A stretch of 63,437 nt of DNA, the filler included, from Sanchytrium tribonematis (taxonomy: Eukaryota), in the NCBI GenBank assembly GCA_018985235.1. It is 13 parts of 13 records of this genome, joined end to end, with 100 filler letters (N's around TTAATTAATTAA, not from the genome) between each part and the next. Parts side by side here need not be neighbours in the genome. Positions count along the whole stretch, not along the records: positions 31,220 to 34,564 come from JADGIG010000877.1; positions 34,665 to 56,557 come from JADGIG010000086.1; 11 more parts are not named here. One strand, 5' to 3'. Under the pieces are notes generated by a model. The model searched no databases, was not told the origin of the DNA, and saw only the letters and a list, made by a program, of their open reading frames with translations. The number at the start of each line of letters is the position of its first letter. Position 1 is the first letter of the stretch. Positions 31,833-41,619 of the stretch are shown one piece after another. A program made the position numbers and the translations under genes.

Positions 31833-33227
31833 CTATACATCATGCTGTGCATCTCTAGGCCATTTGTATTCATTATCGTCAAATGTATATTCACTCGTAT
31901 TCATTGAAATATTGGCATTTTTAAACATAATCACAAATATCGTAATATCATCTCTATATCTTCTAGAATGATCACTGGGAATACTCAATAACAATGCTAA
32001 TTTCTGTGCATCATTGTGTTCTTTTATATTCAATGGTTCAACAAATGCTTGTCGCATTAAATAAGTAGACGGATCTTTATCCATTTCACTCAATTTTCCA
32101 TTTTTATACGCATGAATCCATTTCCCAACTATATTCACGACTTGTTGGTTATTTAATCTCTCCCATAATCCATCTGTTGCAATGACCATAAATTGATCTT
32201 TCTCAGAAATATCATGTGATAAAATCTCAGGCTCAGCAGTCACATATGGGGGTGTTTGATAATGATTTGGAATAAATCGATACATGACAGATCTATCTTT
32301 CTTTAAATGAAAGAAATCAATGATTTTAGTGAGAAATGTCTTGTTGTACTTGTAATTATTGTCTCCAAAAGATCTAGATGGCATTAATCCACCTAGTACT
32401 CTACCACGACTGGCTACATTGGGTTCATTCGGATGTTCTTTTTGTAGTCTATTTAATTCATGTGGGGCATCTGGTGTTTGATCATGTGACATTTCTTTAA
32501 ATTGCCATTTCTCAGTATCACTAGTTTCACTAGACTGACCAGTAGACTGTCCACTAGACTGTCCAATAATGGCTCTAGCATCTCCAATATTAGCTACATG
32601 TACTTGATTATCCGTAAAATATGCAGAAATAGAACATGCGCCACTTAATGCAACAGTAGCTGCTTGCATGAATTGCTTCACAATAGGTGTAGAATCATTT
32701 GGATGTGCATTTTTAGGCAATTCATTGTATAAATCAATAGGCGCATTGGTAATATCCCCATCTAATTCCAAATAAGCATGTTTTAATGCATTTGGGATAT
32801 TTTCAGTATTTAAAGTGGCATTTCTAATATAACTACCCAATACTTGAGATGCTACAGAAGCACATTCATATCCAGCATGTCCATCAAATACACTAAATAT
32901 CAAATCATTTCCATTTTTGTATATTTTATGATTATCTTCAATGGGGTCATTGCTGGCACATTTATTAATTGAAATCCAATCTAATTGAGGATGTTGAATG
33001 GCATATGATTTGGCATATTTAATTAATTCTGATTCAGATTGTTGTACGGTTAAAAAATCACTTCTAGATCGATCTTTCATTGGATGAATGACTGAATCGG
33101 GTTTAACAGTGATAAATGGTCGTTGTTGGTAATATTGACTAGAGATACCTACTAGTCCAATAGCCATACTGCGTGAATAATGATTTAACCTGAAATAAAT
33201 GAAATGACGACGTGTGAAGAGGGACAT
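31833..33227 (-). CDS. PP2C-family mitochondrial pyruvate dehydrogenase phosphatase (Ptc5-like)
   Basis: SNDPIED, VFDGHAG, VANIGDARA, GRVLGGLMPSRSFGD, TPPYVTAEP, ATDGLW, RRYRDDIT; Arg-rich N-terminal presequence. Confidence 0.92.
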   Translation of the reverse strand: MSLFTRRHFIYFRLNHYSRSMAIGLVGISSQYYQQRPFITVKPDSVIHPMKDRSRSDFLTVQQSESELIKYAKSYAIQHPQLDWISINKCASNDPIEDNHKIYKNGNDLIFSVFDGHAGYECASVASQVLGSYIRNATLNTENIPNALKHAYLELDGDITNAPIDLYNELPKNAHPNDSTPIVKQFMQAATVALSGACSISAYFTDNQVHVANIGDARAIIGQSSGQSTGQSSETSDTEKWQFKEMSHDQTPDAPHELNRLQKEHPNEPNVASRGRVLGGLMPSRSFGDNNYKYNKTFLTKIIDFFHLKKDRSVMYRFIPNHYQTPPYVTAEPEILSHDISEKDQFMVIATDGLWERLNNQQVVNIVGKWIHAYKNGKLSEMDKDPSTYLMRQAFVEPLNIKEHNDAQKLALLLSIPSDHSRRYRDDITIFVIMFKNANISMNTSEYTFDDNEYKWPRDAQHDV

Positions 33228-33255
33228 GTTTGAAAAATGATTTGCAATTTATTTA

Positions 33256-34212
33256 TTAAACAATTTTAATAGACTGTATCCATCGATGATTTATTGCATC
33301 TGTGGGATAAATTCTCTCATCTTTATCTGAATGAGTCATTTGTCGTATAAAATCCAAAAATGTATCCATTTTGGGATATTCTTTGATATAATCTGCAATA
33401 GAGTATTTAGGATCACTTAAATACTTTAAATTATCGATCATAACTTTATAAATAGCCAGTCTTGGATATTGTGTATATTTAATCCACTTTAATACGATTT
33501 CTAGAATTGTGACCCCCAATTCATACATATCCACCAATGCGGGATAATAAAAGGCATTTAGATTGGGATTCCATTGATGTCGTTTAATTTTAATGAGCAT
33601 TTCTGGGGGTAAATAGTCCAATGTGCCAACATATCCCTGTTTTTCTCTCAAACTATTAGTAATGAATTCCAAATCAATGAGAATGAACTCGGATGGGATG
33701 CCCTCTTCTGAATATGCTGCAATCATGATATTATCTGGTTTAACATCTAAATGTGCATATTGGTTTCTATTTAAATAATACAAAGCACTCAATATTTGAA
33801 TGGCTAATTTCTCAATAAATTGGAATAGTTGATGAATATTTAATTGAATAAATGATTTGGATCCTAAATAATCATAAATATTTTCTTTATAATATGGCAT
33901 TTGGAAAGTATAACAAAATGAATCTTCTTGATACACAATTTGACCATTTGAATCAAAAACAGTGGGATATTCATAAGTATTAGTTGCTTCAGTGCCTCGG
34001 ATAATATTTTGATGCTTTAATATGTTGTTTGTTGTGTAAAAGATTTCATTTTTTGCACGATTAATTTTATCTGGTCTATTACGTGGAACACAGGTTATTT
34101 TACGGACTCTGTTTGAATCACGCTCTAATATGACAACTTTACTTTTAGATTCATTGATTGTGATTGCTAGAGGGGTCCATTCCGCATACAACAACAAACT
34201 AAAAAAATGCAT
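33256..34212 (-). CDS. Divergent Ser/Thr protein kinase with short N-terminal signal peptide
   Basis: HLDVKPDNI, LIDLE (DFG variant), VGTLDYLPPE, DMYELG, ERI...AINHRW; N-terminus MHFFSLLLYA; CCCC upstream. Confidence 0.8.
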   Translation of the reverse strand: MHFFSLLLYAEWTPLAITINESKSKVVILERDSNRVRKITCVPRNRPDKINRAKNEIFYTTNNILKHQNIIRGTEATNTYEYPTVFDSNGQIVYQEDSFCYTFQMPYYKENIYDYLGSKSFIQLNIHQLFQFIEKLAIQILSALYYLNRNQYAHLDVKPDNIMIAAYSEEGIPSEFILIDLEFITNSLREKQGYVGTLDYLPPEMLIKIKRHQWNPNLNAFYYPALVDMYELGVTILEIVLKWIKYTQYPRLAIYKVMIDNLKYLSDPKYSIADYIKEYPKMDTFLDFIRQMTHSDKDERIYPTDAINHRWIQSIKIV

Positions 34213-34564
34213 CAAGGGGATTCTCCTTCATTTATTGAATGGAACAGCATGCACGAGAGGATTGGACAATTGATTGAATCCAAGGGTGTCGTAGAGCGTT
34301 TGCAGGATTCAATCTTTTACCAAGATTTGCATCAGTCATTTTTAAATCAACTCTTATGGTTGAATTTTCTCCACGTTATCTTTATTGTAATATTTAAGAT
34401 TATGGTACCCAAATATAAATAGTAAAACATTTTATTTATTCTTCTTTACGTCGTGGTGAATCCAATAATGAATATTCATTAATTTCCATTTCTGTCAATA
34501 TTTTCTGCATTGGAAATACTTTCTTGACATTATATTCTTCCATTACCAATTCATACAATATCTG

Positions 34565-34664
34565 NNNNNNNNNNNNNNNNNNNNNNNNNNNNNNNNNNNN
34601 NNNNNNNNTTAATTAATTAANNNNNNNNNNNNNNNNNNNNNNNNNNNNNNNNNNNNNNNNNNNN
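34565..34664. other. Artificial contig spacer
   Basis: N-TTAATTAATTAA-N. Confidence 0.99.
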
Positions 34665-35340
34665 AAATGGTCCATTCTCCATTGGATTCATAAAATGGCA
34701 ATAATCCAAAATCACTTACTGGGATACGCGCATAATAACCACTTGGAGATGTATCATAAATACTAGAGGCTTCTACTTGATCTGATTTGTAATAATGCTT
34801 TTTAGCAGCTGTAATCAATGGATCTTCTTCAATCGTCAATGCGCGTTTCAATGGAATATCGGATTTGTCACTCACAAGATATTCTGTGGCAGAATATGAC
34901 TGACATTGTTTAATTTGAGTTTGATTTGTGAGTGGTGGACAATAATACCCGCCATAACAAATAGATGGATCCCAAATCTCACAATATTCAAATCGAGTCA
35001 AAATGACTTCAAAAACATCTGGTGATTGCACTCCACTCGTCTCTACATCAAATAAAAATCCAAATACTTGACCCTCTGTAAAATTCACAAAGATTCCTTG
35101 ATGTAACAATTCACGCGTCATATTCATATTAGACACTGGAAATAAACCTTGATCTGATCCATAATATCCAGTAATCTCATTTTTTAATGGTTTTTCACTC
35201 GTGTAGTCTAAATACAAAGTATACGTACGATTTTCTGATTCACTAACAGCTGCAAATAACAACAAGGATGTACTATTGGTGTCTGTGATGTATGTTAATG
35301 GTTGATTACCAGGAAAACAAGTAGACGTAACGTGTCCCAT
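34665..35340 (-). CDS. Hypothetical Cys-containing extracellular-type protein; 3' truncated, 5' end uncertain
   Basis: Long ORF to the contig edge; upstream in-frame sequence contains stops. Confidence 0.45.
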
Positions 35341-35662
35341 TTAGTATTTGAGCCACGTTAATTTGTTTTCAGAGACACAATGGAAATGTGTTGTAAAAGC
35401 CACTACAATGTGGATTGTTGAAAGATATCCAATGACAAACAACTTGACTGGTATCCAAATTCATGTCAAAGCATATAATATAGAATACAATCAACAGAAG
35501 TAAAAGATTACAAGTCTATTCATTTAATTGGAACAGATCTGAAAGAGCGCATTGTGGACTATCAATAGAAATAAAAAGGTGATCTGTGCGTATCTCGCTA
35601 AAATGTTTAGCCTCCTTTCCCCTTTTTTGTACAAAAAGACGATTCGAGATCTTCCCCCTGAA

Positions 35663-36685
35663 ATGTTACTGACAACGCTATTCGGATTCTCTTTAATTTG
35701 CGACCGCCAGAAGATTGAATTGAATGGAAATGAATTGACACCCATTGGATTTGGACAATCTATTTCGAGAGTTGGAGATCGACTTGATTTGTATGAATGT
35801 CATGCTACTCATTGCGATGGACACGAACCAACTGCATCAGTCGAATTTGTGGATATGTTTGGACACTACTCTTTCCGTATGGATTCTGTAGAACCACACA
35901 TCGAAGTTGATTACAGACAATTCACTTTTAAAGGAATCAAATGCGGATTTCCAACTAAAGAGTTGAATGACGAAATGTCAAATGTGGTTACTATTTGTTC
36001 ACTTAGGAACAGAGAGAATCGAAACACAGAATTGACTAAATTTGAGTATCAGATATTTGGAGGTCAATTCGATACATTTGCTGGAGGACAGGTAAATTGG
36101 GCCAAGTCTCGTACTGCAGTTGAATTCTCAATGCAGTTCCTTGATGCTTTTAAAAAATCAATTGAATTGAATTCTAATTCTGACTATTACTTGTATAATT
36201 ACAAATATGGTAATTTTGTGGTATCATGTCATTTATTTGTAAATTCTGAAGGAATACAAGGTCTATCTGAAACTGTTAAGAGAGATCAATTACAAAGTAC
36301 ATTGAATGTTGTTCTTGCAGAGAGTCTTCTATACAATCAGGAAAGACGCGAAGTGAATTTATATTCCGCTAATGATATTTATGAAATAACATTCTTAAGT
36401 GGAGTATACGCATTTGTTGGTGCTGAATTCAAAAGTAATGGTATAGTTGGTAATGCACTCTATATTGTGACTGGTGTCAATGAATATTATGTGATTCCTG
36501 AGAAGTATTGGGGATTTGAGGTTCAAATCGATGGTATTCCTATAGTATTGACTTCAAAAAAACACAAGTACAAATATGGTCATTATGTATTCAAGAAAGT
36601 AGATACAAATTATGTCATTGAAGGAGAAAATTTAAAAGAGAAGCTTAAAAAGTATGCAGAAACCCTCCAAATCATCTACCAATAA
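35663..36685 (+). CDS. Secreted hypothetical beta-rich protein
   Basis: CCCCC-TGAA-ATG start, MLLTTLFG signal, stop followed by AATAAA. Confidence 0.65.
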   Translation: MLLTTLFGFSLICDRQKIELNGNELTPIGFGQSISRVGDRLDLYECHATHCDGHEPTASVEFVDMFGHYSFRMDSVEPHIEVDYRQFTFKGIKCGFPTKELNDEMSNVVTICSLRNRENRNTELTKFEYQIFGGQFDTFAGGQVNWAKSRTAVEFSMQFLDAFKKSIELNSNSDYYLYNYKYGNFVVSCHLFVNSEGIQGLSETVKRDQLQSTLNVVLAESLLYNQERREVNLYSANDIYEITFLSGVYAFVGAEFKSNGIVGNALYIVTGVNEYYVIPEKYWGFEVQIDGIPIVLTSKKHKYKYGHYVFKKVDTNYVIEGENLKEKLKKYAETLQIIYQ

Positions 36686-36695
36686 AATAAATTAT

Positions 36696-37505
36696 TTACT
36701 CCCACTTCATTTTATCTCTAGTCCAATTCAATACACCCTGTGCCTTGTCTACACTACTCTGTAATAACTCACGCACTTGATCTAAATGCGTAATCATGCC
36801 ATTTCCTTTATTCATCAAATCCACGCATTCTCTGTAAATGGAATCATTTTCATTTCCAGTGCTTTCAGGGTCATTGGTACGCCATACATTGACTAATTTA
36901 ATCACTTGTTCTCTTAAAATACCCCGATATGGGACAATACCACCATATTGATTTAATAAATCAATCATCATTCGCAATAACCGGATAAAATCACTTTTAA
37001 TCTCTTGTAATGCGTAATTGAAACCTACTAGAGCGTGTTGATGGTGATATTGTTGCAATTGGGTGGTCAAATATTGCACATGTGTGGTCATTTTATGAAT
37101 GGCATAATTGACCCAATCTAGCAAGTAAGAAATGGTGTATTTGACTTGATCACTCAATACCATGGCACTACTCGTCGTTGTGGTGATGATGAGATTGCTA
37201 ATTTGACCGAGAAATGAGTTGCTTGTGGTTAATTTGGATTCTTCATGGATTGTTTCATTATTGGGTGTACTTGTGGTGGTATTGGTGAGAGTGGAATCAT
37301 CTTTGATACTTGTTAGTAGTTCCTGGATAGGAGGGAGGGCATTTAAATCTAATTTGCTGTCCATTTTATCCATTTTGGTGTCTAGATCCATTGGATGATC
37401 TGGATGGTCTGTACTATCCATATTAGAGATAGGTTGATCAGTCATTGTCATTTCTGGTGATTCTAGAGTCTCTAAAGAGTCTTGCATCTCAGTAGTGGAC
37501 ATCAT
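36696..37505 (-). CDS. Opi1-like transcriptional repressor
   Basis: AMVLSDQVKYTISYLLDWVNYA, IKSDFIRLLRMMIDLLNQYGG.VP resemble the conserved Opi1 blocks. Confidence 0.6.
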   Translation of the reverse strand: MMSTTEMQDSLETLESPEMTMTDQPISNMDSTDHPDHPMDLDTKMDKMDSKLDLNALPPIQELLTSIKDDSTLTNTTTSTPNNETIHEESKLTTSNSFLGQISNLIITTTTSSAMVLSDQVKYTISYLLDWVNYAIHKMTTHVQYLTTQLQQYHHQHALVGFNYALQEIKSDFIRLLRMMIDLLNQYGGIVPYRGILREQVIKLVNVWRTNDPESTGNENDSIYRECVDLMNKGNGMITHLDQVRELLQSSVDKAQGVLNWTRDKMKWE

Positions 37506-37732
37506 TTTTTGTTGTTTGAGGGAGGAAAAAGAAGCGTATGATTGGTGTCATTTCAGGTGCAAATGTGGGGTCCAACTCTAAAATGAATGGCATGAGTAGC
37601 ATGAGAAATGAAAAAGGATGATGGTGGGTGATTTGGAAATGTAACTATTTTGGTGATTTGGCTGTTAGATGTCACAAGTCTAATGAAATATGGACGGGCG
37701 ATTTTGAAACCTCCTCTTTATTTCAAAATTGA

Positions 37733-38014
37733 ATGACGATTCCAATAGAATTACTGCTAGTAGATGGATCTAGGAAAGGATTTGATTTTGAATCTAATAA
37801 AAGCGTAGGGGATATCTGTAAAGATCTATATAGCTCATGGCCGAGTGAATTTAAAGAAATGCCCCCAAATGCAGATAATATTCAATTACTTCATCAAGGA
37901 AAGTTTTTAGATAAAAGTAAAGCATTGCCATTCACAGAAAAGACAGTCGTACATCTCGTTATACGTGCACCGGAAGAGAAGAAATCAGAACAAAAATGTT
38001 GTGTGATTTTATAA
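37733..38014 (+). CDS. Membrane-anchored ubiquitin-fold protein (UBL3/MUB)
   Basis: WPSE, LLHQGKFL, TVVHLV, C-terminal CaaX CCVIL. Confidence 0.88.
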   Translation: MTIPIELLLVDGSRKGFDFESNKSVGDICKDLYSSWPSEFKEMPPNADNIQLLHQGKFLDKSKALPFTEKTVVHLVIRAPEEKKSEQKCCVIL

Positions 38015-38020
38015 TAAATT

Positions 38021-38545
38021 TTATTCGGATTTTTTATTACTTGGCTGTGTATACCAATTTAATACAGCTGATTCTATTCTGTGTAGATAAGAGTCACTAT
38101 GAGCTGATTGTGATTCAAATTGGGGTTGCGTATTGATGTGATTCCATCCATGATTCTCTATTCTTGGTTCTACACTCATCGTCCTTGTTAATTGAGGTTT
38201 ATTAGTGATTGGCAATGCAATAGGAGGTGGTTCTGGTGGATTTGGATAAATGACAGTCCCTATAGATGCTTCTAAATGTATATTTTGTGGTACTTTGGGT
38301 ATTAATACATATTTACGTGTAAATAACATAATTTCATTTGATAATTTATTCACCCGCTTTAATAATGGTATATTGACATGATAAAATAAAGCAATACCCG
38401 CTATAGTATCTGTTTTTGATAAAAAATGGACGAAATATTTGCTTGTTATATCTGGAGTTAAATAATCTGCATCTGGTAGTGAGTCGTCTGTCAATGGATG
38501 CGTAGAATCTGATATATCAATGGATGATTTTTGAGAAAATTGCAT
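38021..38545 (-). CDS. Intracellular LysM-domain protein
   Basis: HFLSKTDTIAGIALFYHVNIPLLKRVNKL...VLIP. Confidence 0.8.
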   Translation of the reverse strand: MQFSQKSSIDISDSTHPLTDDSLPDADYLTPDITSKYFVHFLSKTDTIAGIALFYHVNIPLLKRVNKLSNEIMLFTRKYVLIPKVPQNIHLEASIGTVIYPNPPEPPPIALPITNKPQLTRTMSVEPRIENHGWNHINTQPQFESQSAHSDSYLHRIESAVLNWYTQPSNKKSE

Positions 38546-38754
38546 CAGAAATTAAAAATGGGTTATAAAAATTTCAAAATTTTACTCCTTTTGAATCACT
38601 TGATTTTATTTGATTGGCGTCAAAGGCAATCATTGACAATTTCATAAACATTAGTAACCTTTAAATAAAATTGGAAGTATTTCAAGTATATATTTTAATT
38701 CTGTGCTTTTCGACAGCATCCACACCAAAGGCAAATCTCCTTTCTCCTTGCTAC

Positions 38755-39219
38755 ATGTACATTTACGTACTACAATTGAATCATTCCAAATATTACATTG
38801 GCAAATCTACCAATCCACTCAATCGCATCACTACCCACATAGAAGACACCAGAAATCTATTTATCAAACGTCATAAACCCATAAATATTATTTCATGCTT
38901 CCAATCCACATCCGATTTTGATGAAGACAATACTGTCAAAGAATACATGCAGAAATATGGTATTGAAAATGTTCGTGGCGGTAGTTATTCAAACTATAAA
39001 TTATCCAGTGCACAAATTGAATTCTTGAGTCGAGAAATGCAATCTAGTACGAATGCCTGTTTTAAATGTGGTCAAAATGGTCATTTTGCAAACAAATGTA
39101 GAGTGAAATTGATTAAACGTAAGCAAATGAAACCAAATACATGTTATCGATGTGGCAGATCAACTCATTTTGCAAAAAATTGTTTTGCGAGTAGACATTT
39201 GAATGGCTCTTTAATTTAA
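38755..39219 (+). CDS. GIY-YIG-superfamily nuclease with two CCHC zinc knuckles
   Basis: YIYVLQL...KYYIGKS...R...H; EDNTVKEYMQKYGIENVRGGSY; CFKCGQNGHFANKC; CYRCGRSTHFAKNC. Confidence 0.85.
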   Translation: MYIYVLQLNHSKYYIGKSTNPLNRITTHIEDTRNLFIKRHKPINIISCFQSTSDFDEDNTVKEYMQKYGIENVRGGSYSNYKLSSAQIEFLSREMQSSTNACFKCGQNGHFANKCRVKLIKRKQMKPNTCYRCGRSTHFAKNCFASRHLNGSLI

Positions 39220-39291
39220 ATAAATAGTCAATTTAATCAACTCACTTATTTCTGCTGATGCACACAGTCATTTGCAACAAGGATAAAACAA

Positions 39292-39816
39292 ATGATCCTC
39301 CTGTTCCTTTCAATCGTCACCTCTCTAAAATGTCCTAAATTTATCCCTATATCCCAACTACCATCACACACATGGCAACCCATCATTAAAATTCAACAAC
39401 AATTAATCAAACCATATCGAGAATGGCAAATAGGAAGAACCATCAAAAATTTGAAACTCAGTTCAACTATGCAGCGATTTGTTTATAAAACTAGAGAAGA
39501 AAATAAGCAAACTGGAGCAACCCAACCAGATCCATCTTCTGATCCATTGCCAGTCGCTGTTGAAATAATCCGACGTGAATCTCAATGCAAAAACAGCCCA
39601 TCAAATCATTCTCCAACTGATAAATCATCCAATGTTCTATCAAATGTATCAATTACCAACATCTATCAAGTGAATACATCCACCATCATACTATATTTAA
39701 TGGCATTTCTGACAATTTATAATAATAATCAAAATTGGCAAGATGCATTAGAATATTGTGGAATGGGCATGATGGTGCAATTATTTGCAAATTGTTTTAT
39801 AAATGGAGACTATTGA
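39292..39816 (+). CDS. Hypothetical secreted/membrane protein
   Basis: MILLFLSIVTS signal; hydrophobic C-terminal helices. Confidence 0.5.
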   Translation: MILLFLSIVTSLKCPKFIPISQLPSHTWQPIIKIQQQLIKPYREWQIGRTIKNLKLSSTMQRFVYKTREENKQTGATQPDPSSDPLPVAVEIIRRESQCKNSPSNHSPTDKSSNVLSNVSITNIYQVNTSTIILYLMAFLTIYNNNQNWQDALEYCGMGMMVQLFANCFINGDY

Positions 39817-39935
39817 TGTCATTTTTAATCATAATTTGACTACCGTGCCACAGCACTGTGTCATTTATGAATTGGTCTTTGATTGGGTTAAATGTCTGAA
39901 TTTACATTTAAAAAACACCGGGTCTATTCAGATCA

Positions 39936-40409
39936 ATGAACCTGATTATTTTTGCCATTATATTTGCAGCTATAGCAGAAAAAGCATCAGTAAGAAAAGA
40001 TACACAAATTAAAGTGGATGAAAATACAGGAAGTAGCTTCAGCAATTTCTTTGATGGTAAATTTCCAACTTATCATTTTGGTATGCCTAAAATTGACATT
40101 TCAGGATTAAAGACAAGATTTGGTGAAAGTGGTCAAGCCATTAGAGATCAAATGGCAAAATTGAATAGTTATATCAAAACAAGATTTGAAAAGAGGAAAA
40201 TTCAACGCGATAAGAATATAAAGGATTTAAAGGAAATAATCAAACAAGATAGAGAAAGAGCTGCAGGTGTAGGTCCAATTAAAAAATTTGGTCCTATTCC
40301 AATGGTCATCTTTACAATTGTGGCAATCATGGCGGCTATTATTGTAATCATGGGCACGATAGATGTTGGTCATTTTGCTACTACTGGGACTGGATTCTTT
40401 ACAAAATAA
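39936..40409 (+). CDS. Hypothetical type I membrane protein
   Basis: Signal MNLIIFAIIFA, basic helical body, C-terminal TM. Confidence 0.6.
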   Translation: MNLIIFAIIFAAIAEKASVRKDTQIKVDENTGSSFSNFFDGKFPTYHFGMPKIDISGLKTRFGESGQAIRDQMAKLNSYIKTRFEKRKIQRDKNIKDLKEIIKQDRERAAGVGPIKKFGPIPMVIFTIVAIMAAIIVIMGTIDVGHFATTGTGFFTK

Positions 40410-40419
40410 ATTTTTATTA

Positions 40420-41508
40420 TTATGCGACAATTGCTTCTTGTTGAAATGGATCATCATTTAATGCATCTACTTCCATACTGGATGATTGATCTTCAATTTC
40501 ATCTTTTATTTTTGGTGCTGGTTTTAAAACATCTTTGCTGACTTTACGCAATTGCAAAAATCTCTTTTCTAATTTAGTCAATATTTTAGCAATATGCAAT
40601 TCTTTACTCAAATCTAATTGAATCTCATTTAAATGTCTCATTAAATTAGACATGGTTTCATGAGGCTCAGAACATTCTACAATTTCCATATTTTGATTAA
40701 ATAAGGCATATAATTCCATCATATTCTTATTGGCTTCTCTTAATACGATTTTACAGTTATTATTACATGATTTCTCTAATAATTTAACCCATTTTTGTGC
40801 TTGTTTGGCAATTCTTTGTAATCTGTCTTTTAATTTGGATTCTACTCTGTCAATGGCTTGTTTGGGTTGATTTAATAGATAGTTTTGATGTAGAATGTTT
40901 AATTGCTCTACTAAATACTTTGTAAAATCTCTTTTATGTTGGCAAATAAACGCCACAGATTGCATCACTTGTGGCTTCAATTTGTAATCATATTTTTTAC
41001 TCGAATTGGCTTTGAGCCATTTGCCACAATAGGCAATTGCCATCCATTTATAATGTTTGTGCTGACATTCTTTCACAATTTGTTGTTTGTCAAATGGACG
41101 GTGTTTGTGTAGTCTGTTCTCATCTACTGGATAATCTTTAGTTTTCGTGATGAATTCTTGAATTTGCTGTGCTGTAAATGCTTTGTGCGTCCATACCTGC
41201 TCATAAACAACTACATCTTTGGATGAAAATGCAAATTCTTCATGTTCTAAGAACCAATCATACCATTCCCATGGTAATAACTTGCATTCTTTGAATAAAG
41301 ATTGTATTGTGACTGATTTAGTGGCCATTTTCAAACTAATGAGGTTTTTGCCAATTTGGAGAATATCATTGGGTACTTTGAAGAATATTTTGAGATTTTC
41401 ATTGGATAATATAGGTTTGAAGTCATTTAGATTGTACTTTTTAGTTGTATTAGCGTGTCTAACATGGTAAATATCTTTGTAAAATGCGCAAAAATAAATT
41501 TTATCCAT
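40420..41508 (-). CDS. Hypothetical protein with C-terminal coiled coil
   Basis: 362-aa ATG ORF filling the space between neighbours; no family recognised. Confidence 0.65.
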   Translation of the reverse strand: MDKIYFCAFYKDIYHVRHANTTKKYNLNDFKPILSNENLKIFFKVPNDILQIGKNLISLKMATKSVTIQSLFKECKLLPWEWYDWFLEHEEFAFSSKDVVVYEQVWTHKAFTAQQIQEFITKTKDYPVDENRLHKHRPFDKQQIVKECQHKHYKWMAIAYCGKWLKANSSKKYDYKLKPQVMQSVAFICQHKRDFTKYLVEQLNILHQNYLLNQPKQAIDRVESKLKDRLQRIAKQAQKWVKLLEKSCNNNCKIVLREANKNMMELYALFNQNMEIVECSEPHETMSNLMRHLNEIQLDLSKELHIAKILTKLEKRFLQLRKVSKDVLKPAPKIKDEIEDQSSSMEVDALNDDPFQQEAIVA

Positions 41509-41619
41509 GTTTGATCCTCATTTCTGCGTGCAACAAAGAAGACAAATATTGAAAATGACTTTATTATTAACGAGCATAGATATTCATTCAACAAAAGCAC
41601 GGTAAATAATTCTGATTTA

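Noticed and set aside
32530..32566. 12-nt tandem repeat (GQSS/GQST x3)
   Set aside because: Ordinary in-frame slippage in a PP2C loop.
33190..33208. 19-nt GTCATTTCATTTATTTCAG as an intron in the phosphatase gene
   Set aside because: Removal creates an immediate stop, and it lacks the GTA start and the -6 A.
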